Virus record (IMG/VR): IMGVR_UViG_3300043409_000928
Coordinates: 1-64,000 of that record
Strand: one strand, 5' to 3'
DNA: 64,000 bases
Position 1 is the first letter of the stretch, and each line of letters starts with the position of its first letter. Under the pieces are notes generated by a model. It was not told where the DNA came from and searched no databases. It saw only the letters and a list, made by a program, of their open reading frames with translations. This document shows, in pieces, positions 43,404 through 52,704 of this stretch. A program made the position numbers and the translations under genes.

Positions 43404-45146
43404 TCAAATCAATTTAAATAGGCCAAACGCACTGCCATTTTCGTTGCTGTATGCCAGATAGTTGACATTAGAATTTCCTGGAATAGAACTTGAACCAAAC
43501 CAGTATGATGCTCGTTCTTGTTCTGTAACAACTGCCCATGTACCGTCACCATCAATTACTTCGCCATCGCTGTCTCTATTCAGTACCCACTTTTGTGTAA
43601 TTGTAGATTCTGAGTTATACCACCATACTGATTCTGTTGGTACTAGTGGCTCAACAGTTCCTGAATAAATTCTATTCTCTGCGGCAAAGTATATGTTGGT
43701 TCCAAACTCATTTGTAATTCTTCTTTGGTAGCCTTCGTCTCCTGGAATACCGTTTGCATCTTCTAATAATTCTGCTGTTTCGAGTCTGCTCAATCCTTGA
43801 TTGAATTTTACTACCTTGCCATCTCCTCCAATCATTGGTTTCAAATCTGTTCCTACTTTACAAATATAAAATTCTGGAGCAACTGATGCTGGGACTAAAT
43901 TATTGGTTGTATCAAACGAAAATCCATTTAGTTCAGCACTTGGAATTGACAGTATATGATTGTATCCTCTATGCAATGTAATTTCAGGATTCCTGTTTAG
44001 GTAAACATCTTTACGACCATTGACCACTTGTTCACTTTGTACTCCTGTCACAGCCCAACAGTTTCTATCTGCAATCCATACAAAGTTAAAATTTGTCACT
44101 GGAGGATCAATGATTGCTTCGGCTGTGGCATCACCACCATCTTGTTCGTTACCAGAAATTGTGTTTGCGTTATATCCTATGAACTTTCCGCAATAGTCGT
44201 ACAATGGTTCTAGTTGAGCAAAGAATGGATCTTGTGGAGTCAGTGCCGCAATGGCCAAGGCATAAACATCTGGGCCAACAATGCTTGGCCAAATATTATT
44301 ATTTCTTATACCGTTAATATCTGCAGGATAGTTTGCTGTTTTTCCTAGGTTAGATACGATCGACTGTGCTTGTGCTGTTGCATCTTTTAAGTTGGGACTA
44401 TCAATAGGCGGGTATGGAGGATTCCATTTAACAGCGGGCGCAGATGCTATTGTTACTGGCTGTACGTCGGTGGTCTTATACGGCTTGCCAGTTTTTAAAT
44501 TTGTTTTGTGTCTAAAGTCAGGAAACAACTGTCTGTTGATTGATTTGTCAAGTGCTTTCTTAACTCCTTGTAATCTTTTAGTTAACTGGTCAATTTTTTG
44601 ACCTGGAATATTGGCCATCTTCCCGCCGTGCTTTTGAATACTACCAAGTATACTGCTTGGATTGTAAGAACCTGTATTAAGGCCGCCGTCGCCGTTTAAG
44701 CACAATTGTGGTTTTGTCAATCGACCAATGTCATTTAAGATTGCATTCATTTCAGCAAACTCGGCATCAATGATCTGGCTCAACACATCAGGGATTTTTG
44801 GCGCCTTGAGAGGAATTTTACATAGCCCATCTAACGCCAATAAACTTTGCACTTCTGCAATTGCACTGTTTACTCTGCCTAGTATTTCTTTTGCGCCAGA
44901 TAGATCTTCTAGTGCCTTTAACTGATCTTTGATGCCGCGCAGTTCATTTTGTAAATCTTTGATCGTAGGCAAGTCAGTATTTTCAGAAATTAATGCATCA
45001 AGGTCAAGCTTTATACATAACAAAGGACCTTTGAGCATGTTACTAAGACCACCAAACAGTATGGCACATATGATGTCCTTGATTGGTTTGTTCAAGATGC
45101 CTTTGGTCGCAACCTTAACGCCTGGGATAATTGGGATGTCTGCCAT
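43404..45146 (-). CDS. Putative virion structural (baseplate/tail-region) protein
   Basis: Late promoter TAAGTA; context. Confidence 0.6.
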   Translation of the reverse strand: MADIPIIPGVKVATKGILNKPIKDIICAILFGGLSNMLKGPLLCIKLDLDALISENTDLPTIKDLQNELRGIKDQLKALEDLSGAKEILGRVNSAIAEVQSLLALDGLCKIPLKAPKIPDVLSQIIDAEFAEMNAILNDIGRLTKPQLCLNGDGGLNTGSYNPSSILGSIQKHGGKMANIPGQKIDQLTKRLQGVKKALDKSINRQLFPDFRHKTNLKTGKPYKTTDVQPVTIASAPAVKWNPPYPPIDSPNLKDATAQAQSIVSNLGKTANYPADINGIRNNNIWPSIVGPDVYALAIAALTPQDPFFAQLEPLYDYCGKFIGYNANTISGNEQDGGDATAEAIIDPPVTNFNFVWIADRNCWAVTGVQSEQVVNGRKDVYLNRNPEITLHRGYNHILSIPSAELNGFSFDTTNNLVPASVAPEFYICKVGTDLKPMIGGDGKVVKFNQGLSRLETAELLEDANGIPGDEGYQRRITNEFGTNIYFAAENRIYSGTVEPLVPTESVWWYNSESTITQKWVLNRDSDGEVIDGDGTWAVVTEQERASYWFGSSSIPGNSNVNYLAYSNENGSAFGLFKLI

Positions 45147-45156
45147 AGTGGACTAC

Positions 45157-45825
45157 TTATACTAAATCTGAAGGGAGACCACCGCCGCTCCTGGCATGCC
45201 ATGTAAATGGATTACCACCAGTTCTAGTAACGCCAATTGCCGACGCCGCATTTGATGAGCCACCCAAGGCCACATGTGTCCAGTTGCCTTCAAACAACAA
45301 TTGACTGAACGGCAACCCAGCTGACCTTACAAATTTAAAGATTTTTTTGGCACCTTCAACCCCGCCAAGTGAAAGGTCAGCGGCACGACCCCAAGTGTGG
45401 TCACCGGTACCACTGCCACCAAGCTCTTTATCAAACGCACGAGTTCGATATCCTGAATTTATGTTTAGGGCTGGAAATTCTGCTTTGAGTGGATCAAGCA
45501 CCTGCTGGCAAAGCTTTTGCCAATTACATGCAATTTCAACAGCTGGACAAGATCCTTGACCATCAACAGGCTTGTATTTCATTTGGGAAAATCTGTAACT
45601 TTTACTACAGCCAGTATCCCATTGAGCATCTGTGTATGCTGTACAATCAGTTAAATCGACTGGTGGTGCAGGAGGTGGATCAGGACGATCTTTGTCACCA
45701 CCACCACCAGTTTTTTTCTGGTCTTCTGTGGCCGCAATATACCCAGCAGGCGTGTTATCGTAGTAAATTACTCCGCTTGGTGTCTTTTTGCGGCCGCCTT
45801 GGCCTGGTGATGTTGCTGTACACAT
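45157..45825 (-). CDS. Peptidase M15 (Zn D,D-peptidase-like)
   Basis: NSGYR, HTWGRAAD, WTHV. Confidence 0.8.
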   Translation of the reverse strand: MCTATSPGQGGRKKTPSGVIYYDNTPAGYIAATEDQKKTGGGGDKDRPDPPPAPPVDLTDCTAYTDAQWDTGCSKSYRFSQMKYKPVDGQGSCPAVEIACNWQKLCQQVLDPLKAEFPALNINSGYRTRAFDKELGGSGTGDHTWGRAADLSLGGVEGAKKIFKFVRSAGLPFSQLLFEGNWTHVALGGSSNAASAIGVTRTGGNPFTWHARSGGGLPSDLV

Positions 45826-45882
45826 TGATTAAAACTCCCATGTCTAAGCCTATATTTATGGAAGTTTTACGGAATGAAAGGG

Positions 45883-46446
45883 CTAACCTTCCTCTCCTGG
45901 CGCTGGCACATAAGCAGGCGGCGGCACGCTCTCTTGCCAGTCAGGCGGATCATATTCAATTACAGCGTCTGGACTTCCTAAATTGGTCCCTTTCATTTTA
46001 ACTGCGCCAAGATCATACTCAACATAGCTAAACAAGTGACTACAATATTGTCTAGCACCAATCAGTGATTCATCTGTTAAAAGCCCTTCGGCCAGCACAC
46101 TTCCGCGGGCCCGTGCTATGGCAGTTCCTTTCGCATGACCAATTAACAATGGACCCGATGCATATCCAGAAAAGTTGACGCCGCCAAATGTAAGATTATA
46201 TCCATACTCCATAAAAGTTGTTTCAAGAAACGCTTTAACATTTTCTGGTAAACTTGCTCCAACTTTCTCTGATCTGAAATCCATCAAATATTGATGAGCT
46301 TCGACTCTGTTTAATGCAATTCTAGGATACGCTTGCATAAATTTATCTTGGGCCGCTCTACGGTTTTTACTAACTTCTAATACATAGTCCACAAAGCCGG
46401 ACTCATATTCTTGCACTAGTTCACTGCCAGTTACTGGTTCAGCCAT
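45883..46446 (-). CDS. Hypothetical protein
   Basis: ORF track. Confidence 0.65.
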   Translation of the reverse strand: MAEPVTGSELVQEYESGFVDYVLEVSKNRRAAQDKFMQAYPRIALNRVEAHQYLMDFRSEKVGASLPENVKAFLETTFMEYGYNLTFGGVNFSGYASGPLLIGHAKGTAIARARGSVLAEGLLTDESLIGARQYCSHLFSYVEYDLGAVKMKGTNLGSPDAVIEYDPPDWQESVPPPAYVPAPGEEG

Positions 46447-47405
46447 GCGTCATCTCCTCCAAAAGGTAATAATTTTTCTTTGGGCAACTTACCATCTTTG
46501 GTCATTACTTCCATAATTTTTTGTGTATACCATGCTTCTCCGGTTGCTATTGCCTTAGCACTTAGTAAGTTGTCACCTGCTACTTGATTTACAACAATGT
46601 TACTTATCGGTGTAGATGCATTGTTTAACGATAAATCGTTGTTGAATGGCAATATTTCTTCTTTAATCGCAGGTACCACATCTATAATTTTTTGCCTATA
46701 CCATGCGTCAACTGCGGCTATAACACCATTGGATAATCCAGGATTAGCATTGCCAATTGAGGATGAGGCAAACATACTAGCAGATGCAACCACTGGAGGC
46801 ACACTACCTCCACTGAACGGTAAGCCTTGTGGGGGTGCTGCCGGTATGACACCAGAATTTATTACAGTCTGTATTATTTTATCCTCAAAGGCCGCTGTAG
46901 CACTTGCTTTTGCAGTTAGAGTTATACGCTTTAAACCTTCTGGTGTGTCAAATGGTAATCCTGCCGCCGGTGCCGCTTGAAAGGATTTCTCCAATACGGC
47001 ACTGATCACTGCCGCATTTACTGCCGCGATGGCCGCATTGGAAATATTAGGAGGTCCTATCGCCGGCGATGCTGGAGGTGTACTACTTCCGTCTGCATTA
47101 CTAGAACTAGATGTAGGTGTTTGGTTACCTGTGCCATTGGCTCCATCTACATATACATCTGGACTGCCATCTTCTCTAGTATGCCCGCATTCGTCTTCAT
47201 CACCTTGACGATTTACAGGTATCCCATTGATAAAAACTGTAGGACTACCGTTTGTAGTATATGACTCTATGTGTAAATCGTGTGATTCTACAAAACTTCC
47301 ATCAATTGCAATCAATAGGCCGTTGGCATAAACAGTACCCTGGGCAATATCTCGTATTTCCCCATCGCCATCATTTATGTCGCCTAATCGTTGAACGGCT
47401 GGCAT
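46431..47405 (-). CDS. PAAR spike-tip protein (gp5.4-like) with C-terminal extension
   Basis: PAVQRLGD, GSPTVFINGIPVNRQGD..CGH. Confidence 0.8.
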   Translation of the reverse strand: MPAVQRLGDINDGDGEIRDIAQGTVYANGLLIAIDGSFVESHDLHIESYTTNGSPTVFINGIPVNRQGDEDECGHTREDGSPDVYVDGANGTGNQTPTSSSSNADGSSTPPASPAIGPPNISNAAIAAVNAAVISAVLEKSFQAAPAAGLPFDTPEGLKRITLTAKASATAAFEDKIIQTVINSGVIPAAPPQGLPFSGGSVPPVVASASMFASSSIGNANPGLSNGVIAAVDAWYRQKIIDVVPAIKEEILPFNNDLSLNNASTPISNIVVNQVAGDNLLSAKAIATGEAWYTQKIMEVMTKDGKLPKEKLLPFGGDDAWLNQ

Positions 47406-47406
47406 T

Positions 47407-47724
47407 TTAGTTGAAAACCATACCCTTTGGGGCAACTTGGATGCCGCTTAACGCTGAAGTGTATTGATCAGCAAGTTCTTTATCTGTATTTGCTACGCAC
47501 ACTACCAGTGCCTTATTGATCGACAAATCTCGAGTACTGCCAGGGGCAACTGTCATAAGGTATGGTGTTAGTGCTGGGCCACCTTTAGGGCCAACGCTGA
47601 GTGTGACTGGACGATCGATGACATAAAAGCCACTGTCTTCACTGGTGTAACATCCAATGAGTTCTTCTCCTGAACTCATTTTTAGTGTCACTACATCTCC
47701 GGCTTTTCTAATATTAAGTAACAT
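47407..47724 (-). CDS. Conserved phage protein (Sm-like beta fold suspected)
   Basis: GDVVTLKMSSGEELIG. Confidence 0.7.
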   Translation of the reverse strand: MLLNIRKAGDVVTLKMSSGEELIGCYTSEDSGFYVIDRPVTLSVGPKGGPALTPYLMTVAPGSTRDLSINKALVVCVANTDKELADQYTSALSGIQVAPKGMVFN

Positions 47725-47941
47725 TTCTTTCCTTTAAAAATTTATCTATACCAAGGCTATTTCCAACATATTGCCCCATGAACCAAAACTGCGGGACAAG
47801 ATTAGGATTGTATCCCAGTCTATGTTCCCAAATTTTAAATACTTTTTTAGTTCCTATTACATTCAAGTCGTATATATCAAACTTAAACCCTGCATCAACC
47901 AACTTACGCAACGATTCCTTGCAACCAGGGCAAAATTTCAT
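47714..47941 (-). CDS. Glutaredoxin-like protein (start uncertain)
   Basis: CPGC, VPQFW..GQYVG; next to nrdB. Confidence 0.75.
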   Translation of the reverse strand: MKFCPGCKESLRKLVDAGFKFDIYDLNVIGTKKVFKIWEHRLGYNPNLVPQFWFMGQYVGNSLGIDKFLKERNVT

Positions 47942-47960
47942 TACATACAATTCACTGGAA

Positions 47961-49061
47961 TCAGAGTTTAAATCCAGCGAAGGTACTTTTGCTAACATCT
48001 TGCTTAATTCCTCCAATGACATAACTTTCAATTTCGGTTTCTTGGGGGGCCACTTGAAGTCCCTTGCTACTTGTCCAATGCTCTGTCCAAGGTAACGGAT
48101 TATCGTTAGCACTTCGGTCATATCGTTGTTCAACTCCTAGCCCTTTAAGACGGCGATTACCAATGTATTCAACATACTGATGTAATAGACGTTCATTTAA
48201 ACCAACAATAGCACCTCGGCTAAACAAATGGTCTGCCCAATCTTTTTCTTCAGCAACAACTTGGTCATAAATTTCACCAATGGCTGAATAATTCTCTTGT
48301 GCAATTTCCTGCATTTCAGGGTCATCCCCTCTTTGCCAATTCTTAATGATGTGACTGGTAATGCTTAGATGTTGGCTTTCGTCTCGAGCAATCAAACTAA
48401 TAATTTTAGCAGAGCCTTCCATTTTTTTTAGTTCGCCAAAAGCAAAGCTACATGCAAAGCTGACAAAAAACCTAAGTGCTTCAAGTGCGTTTACATTTAC
48501 CATGGCCAAGAACAGCTTCTTTTTGACATCTCGCATTGTACCTTTGCCTGCTACTGTAAATTGCTGTGCCGCGGCAATGAATTCATCGTATGATTTGGTC
48601 ACTGATTTAGCCCTGGCAATAATCTTCTCATCATCCAGCATGGTATCAAATACTTCGCTTGGATCACTGTAAACATTTTTAATAATATGTGTGTATGACC
48701 TGCTGTGAATGTTTTCAAAGAATTGCCATGCGTTCATGCATCCTTCAAGTTCGGGCAACGAACAATATGGCATGAATGCCATTGCTGGCGCACGACCTTG
48801 TACGCTGTCAAGCAGTATTTGATACTTTAAGTTGGCAGTGAAAATAAACTTCTGTTCATCACGGAAGTCCATGTAGTCACTACGATCTTTTTGCAAACTT
48901 ACTTCTTCAGGTCTCCAGAAATATCCAAGCTGTGTTTGTGTAAGTTTATCAAACACCGGATACTTGAATACATCAAACCGTTGGGCATTTAGAGCCTCAC
49001 CAAAAAACATAGGCTGTTTGGTAAAGTCTACTTTATTCTGATTAAAAACTGTCGCTGACAT
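47961..49061 (-). CDS. nrdB: Ribonucleotide reductase class Ia beta subunit
   Basis: FWRPEEV, ENIHSRSY, DESQH, VAPQETEI. Confidence 0.97.
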   Translation of the reverse strand: MSATVFNQNKVDFTKQPMFFGEALNAQRFDVFKYPVFDKLTQTQLGYFWRPEEVSLQKDRSDYMDFRDEQKFIFTANLKYQILLDSVQGRAPAMAFMPYCSLPELEGCMNAWQFFENIHSRSYTHIIKNVYSDPSEVFDTMLDDEKIIARAKSVTKSYDEFIAAAQQFTVAGKGTMRDVKKKLFLAMVNVNALEALRFFVSFACSFAFGELKKMEGSAKIISLIARDESQHLSITSHIIKNWQRGDDPEMQEIAQENYSAIGEIYDQVVAEEKDWADHLFSRGAIVGLNERLLHQYVEYIGNRRLKGLGVEQRYDRSANDNPLPWTEHWTSSKGLQVAPQETEIESYVIGGIKQDVSKSTFAGFKL

Positions 49062-49069
49062 TCAAATCC

Positions 49070-51403
49070 TTAAATTGTGCAAGCTTCGCAAGCTTCGTCA
49101 CTATCGGGTATTAATAGTGTCGGTTGTAAATTATGATGGGTGTCTGACACAGATTGTATGTTATCTTCATCTTCACCTTTCATATCGTATGTATTCTGGT
49201 AGTAACTGGTTTTCCAACCCAATTTATATGTGGTCAACAGATCTGTGAACATCACACTCATTGGCACTTCGTTGTCTGGATAATGTTTTGGATTGTAACT
49301 CCAATTTCCACTAATGGCTTGATCAAAGTATTTTTGCATTGCGGCCACAATACGAATGTAACCATCGTTAACGCCTTCTTCATACAGGTAAGAGTACTCA
49401 TTTTTCAATGAATTATATTGAGGAACAATTTGTTTCAACGGACCTTTCTTACTCTTCTTTGTACTCATTGCGGCTCGCGGTGGCTCAATACCATTTGTTT
49501 CATTGCTGGCCACACTACTAGATTCACTGGGCATTTGTGCGCTCAGTGTGCTGTGACGCATGCCATGCTCTGCAACTTCTCTGCGTAGGGCTTCCCAATC
49601 GTAATGTAATTCAGTGCCGAGAAACTCGTCAACTTCACGCTTGTATGTGTCAACTGGTAAAATGCCTTGGCTGTATTTTGTACGATCAAAGAATTCACAT
49701 GGACCTTTTTCCTTGGCCAACTGCACACTGGCCTTGATCAAATAATACTGGAATGCTTCTGTTAAACGATTGACTGACCTGGCGGCTTCTGGATCGCTGT
49801 ACTTTAAACCTTTCTTGGCCAGGTAATGTGCCATACCAATGTAACCAATTCCAAGACTGCGACGAGCCTTGGTACTGCGCTCTGCGGCCGCAACTGGGTA
49901 ACGCTGATAGTCAATGATCTGATCCAGAGCACGAACCGCCAGTTCTGTTAGATTTTTAAGATCATCTAACTCTCTTAGATTGCCAACATTGATTGCACTA
50001 AGAATACAAAGGGCAATTTCTCCTTCGACATCATCCATGGATTGAATTGGATCTGTTGGCAATGTAATTTCTTGACACAGGTTACTCATGCGAATCATAT
50101 CTTGAAAGCTACTGTGACTGTTACAGTGGTCAATGTTCATGATATAGATGCGGCCGGTTTCGGCTCTCTCTTTCAGCATCTGCCCAAACAATGCCATTGC
50201 CTTCACAGTCTTCTTTGGAATCTTAGAATTGTTTTCGTATTTTACATACAGCGCATCAAAGGTATCGTTGTTACCAAATGCTTCGTACAGGCCAGGAACA
50301 TCATGTGGTGAGAACAGTGTGATGTCACCATCAACAATCAGTCTCTCATAGAACAGTTTGCTCAACTGGATTGAATAGTCCAACTTACGAACACGATTGT
50401 CTTCTGTTCCTTTGTTGTTCTTCAACACCAGTATGTCTTCAATTTCTTTGTGCCAAATTGGGAAATGCACAGTGGCACTTCCGCCACGCACACCATTTTG
50501 TGTACAGCTACGCACCACTGACTCAAATACTTTTAAGAAGGGAACAACTCCAGTGTGTGCCACTTCACCGCCTCGGATCTTTGAATTAATAGCACGAATG
50601 CGACCAAGATTTAGACCAATGCCAGCTCGTTGTGCAATGTAATAACCAACGGCGGTAGAACTATTAAAGATTGAAGGTAATGTGTCATCAACATCAACCA
50701 GCACACAACTGGCAAATTGTCGAATAGGGGTACGCACTCCGCTCATTACAGGAGTAGGAATATTAATTTTAAATGTAGAAATTGCGTCATAGTAACGACG
50801 AATGTAACTCAGACGCTTGTCAGCTGGATAGGTAGCAAACAATGTTGCCGCAATCATCATGTACATGTACTGTGGCGTTTCAAACACCCGACCATTGCTA
50901 CGATCTTGAACAAGATACTTGTCAACCACTTGGCGCATACCAGCGTAAGTGAAATCTAAATCACGCTGGTGGCTAATGTACACATCCAACTGGCGCCATT
51001 CTGGTTCGGTATATTGAGTCAACAATTCGGCATCATATACTCCTCGATCAACATTCTTTTTAACTAGATCATATAAAGGAATGTAATCAAATTGTCCAAA
51101 TACATCTTTGCGTAATCCGTATAGCAGTAAACGGGACGCGGCATATTGATAGTTTGGTTTTTCTAGGCTAACTAAATCGCTAGCACTACGCACTAGAATT
51201 TCTTGTATATCTGCGGTAGTGATGCCATCATTGAATTGCAAATCTGCATTCATTTCAATTTGACTTACGCTGACTCCTGCTAACCCTTCACAAGCCTCTT
51301 CTACCATTAAATGGATTTTGTTTATGTCCAACGGCTCTCGGTGCCCATCTCTCTTTACAACATTTATTATACTTTTGCTCATATCTCTTATTTGATTATC
51401 CAT
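49070..51403 (-). CDS. nrdA: Ribonucleotide reductase class Ia alpha subunit
   Basis: ATP cone VVKRDG, FASC, SNLCQEI, C-terminal CEAC. Confidence 0.97.
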   Translation of the reverse strand: MDNQIRDMSKSIINVVKRDGHREPLDINKIHLMVEEACEGLAGVSVSQIEMNADLQFNDGITTADIQEILVRSASDLVSLEKPNYQYAASRLLLYGLRKDVFGQFDYIPLYDLVKKNVDRGVYDAELLTQYTEPEWRQLDVYISHQRDLDFTYAGMRQVVDKYLVQDRSNGRVFETPQYMYMMIAATLFATYPADKRLSYIRRYYDAISTFKINIPTPVMSGVRTPIRQFASCVLVDVDDTLPSIFNSSTAVGYYIAQRAGIGLNLGRIRAINSKIRGGEVAHTGVVPFLKVFESVVRSCTQNGVRGGSATVHFPIWHKEIEDILVLKNNKGTEDNRVRKLDYSIQLSKLFYERLIVDGDITLFSPHDVPGLYEAFGNNDTFDALYVKYENNSKIPKKTVKAMALFGQMLKERAETGRIYIMNIDHCNSHSSFQDMIRMSNLCQEITLPTDPIQSMDDVEGEIALCILSAINVGNLRELDDLKNLTELAVRALDQIIDYQRYPVAAAERSTKARRSLGIGYIGMAHYLAKKGLKYSDPEAARSVNRLTEAFQYYLIKASVQLAKEKGPCEFFDRTKYSQGILPVDTYKREVDEFLGTELHYDWEALRREVAEHGMRHSTLSAQMPSESSSVASNETNGIEPPRAAMSTKKSKKGPLKQIVPQYNSLKNEYSYLYEEGVNDGYIRIVAAMQKYFDQAISGNWSYNPKHYPDNEVPMSVMFTDLLTTYKLGWKTSYYQNTYDMKGEDEDNIQSVSDTHHNLQPTLLIPDSDEACEACTI

Positions 51404-51468
51404 TGTTTGTAGTGCTCCATAGTCTTAAAACGGTCAAATACTTAACCAGGATCACTGACGTAATATCT

Positions 51469-51915
51469 TTACACTTTAACCAGCCTAGCTAGGTCGCTAG
51501 GCGCCCATATTTTTAAAATTTGCAAGTCTGCATTATTAATGTCAACTACTTCACCTACATAGTAATTTAACAATTGTTTGCTTGGCAGTAACGCCATAAG
51601 ACGCGGTTCGTTGTCAACTATGGCCAACATTAGCTCGCAGTCTTTGCCAAGAAGAGCCAATGTATAAAAAATGCCAAGTCCTTGTGCGCTGGGACAGAAG
51701 CTACCATCACCGACCAATTCCCAGGGATTGGGCCAAGTTTCTTGTCGCCAGGGATCAAATTTCTTATTAACCAATGGTACAAACTTCCACCATATAGCAA
51801 CCTTGCTATACAGTTCTGTATTGTCCAATCCGTCTAATGAGACACGCCATTCTCGCCATGCCAACAGCTTTCCTTGCTTATCAAGGAACCAATGATCTAA
51901 ATTTTGTTGTTCCAC
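51469..51915 (-). CDS. Hypothetical protein (start uncertain)
   Basis: WPNPWEL..C motif. Confidence 0.65.
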   Translation of the reverse strand: MEQQNLDHWFLDKQGKLLAWREWRVSLDGLDNTELYSKVAIWWKFVPLVNKKFDPWRQETWPNPWELVGDGSFCPSAQGLGIFYTLALLGKDCELMLAIVDNEPRLMALLPSKQLLNYYVGEVVDINNADLQILKIWAPSDLARLVKV

Positions 51916-51923
51916 GCGGATAT

Positions 51924-52601
51924 TTATACTAGCTTGTAATACTGTTCTACTCGCTGTAACCAAAGATCGCTGTAGTGTTTAAATTCTGCGCCTTCAATTA
52001 TGAATGTTTCGTATGCACCTTCCCTATCAGCCATGAATAGCACACCTTGTTGAATATCAGTGCCATGTACTTCATTGTGTGCCAATGCGTAGGCTGTGGT
52101 TTGAATAAAGTAATCTTGCATCCACTCGGGCTTCTTCATTTTCTTGGCAGTCTTATGGTCCATGATACTGGGCTTGCCCTTGTACACGCCGCACAAGTCT
52201 GTGGTACCAGCATACAGGCCGGGGTAGTAAAGACTTGCTTCCATACCCCATACTTCATCAACGCCTGGAAGGCCGTTGTTGATAATCATGTCAGACATGC
52301 TACGAGCCAGCACATGGATAGGAGTACTACCCGGTGGTCGTTCTATGCCTTCTATAAAGTTTTCAACATGCTTGTGAACCAGTGTCCCAAGCCCTGCACT
52401 TTCTGTACTGATGCGTTGAGCTTCTGCTTCGCCTACTCGCTTGCGCCATTCAATTAAGAATGTTTTATCTGCGGTGCCACTCAGGATTGTTGTTACACTA
52501 GGAACCCGCGAGCCATCGGGGGTAGCATAAAGACGACTAGGACCGTCGATCCTAGTTAATTTTTCGTATTTGTATTTGGGATTAAAAGTTATCATTGTCA
52601 T
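51924..52601 (-). CDS. PD-(D/E)xK exonuclease
   Basis: PSVTTIL, GT..H, AGTTD, DHKT, Q..AY. Confidence 0.85.
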   Translation of the reverse strand: MTMITFNPKYKYEKLTRIDGPSRLYATPDGSRVPSVTTILSGTADKTFLIEWRKRVGEAEAQRISTESAGLGTLVHKHVENFIEGIERPPGSTPIHVLARSMSDMIINNGLPGVDEVWGMEASLYYPGLYAGTTDLCGVYKGKPSIMDHKTAKKMKKPEWMQDYFIQTTAYALAHNEVHGTDIQQGVLFMADREGAYETFIIEGAEFKHYSDLWLQRVEQYYKLV

Positions 52602-52704
52602 TTAGTATAAACGATAATGATGGAAAAGTCAAGAATTATTTTAAAAAGGGTTGTAGAAATACAACAGATTTACTGGGCTCTACTTATTGTTAAGTTAGGG
52701 ATAA

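Noticed and set aside
47961-51403. Introns or inteins in nrdA/nrdB
   Set aside because: Both ORFs are uninterrupted and of normal length.
51924-52601. Cas4 as part of a CRISPR system
   Set aside because: No Fe-S cysteine cluster and no CRISPR context; ordinary phage PD-(D/E)xK exonuclease.
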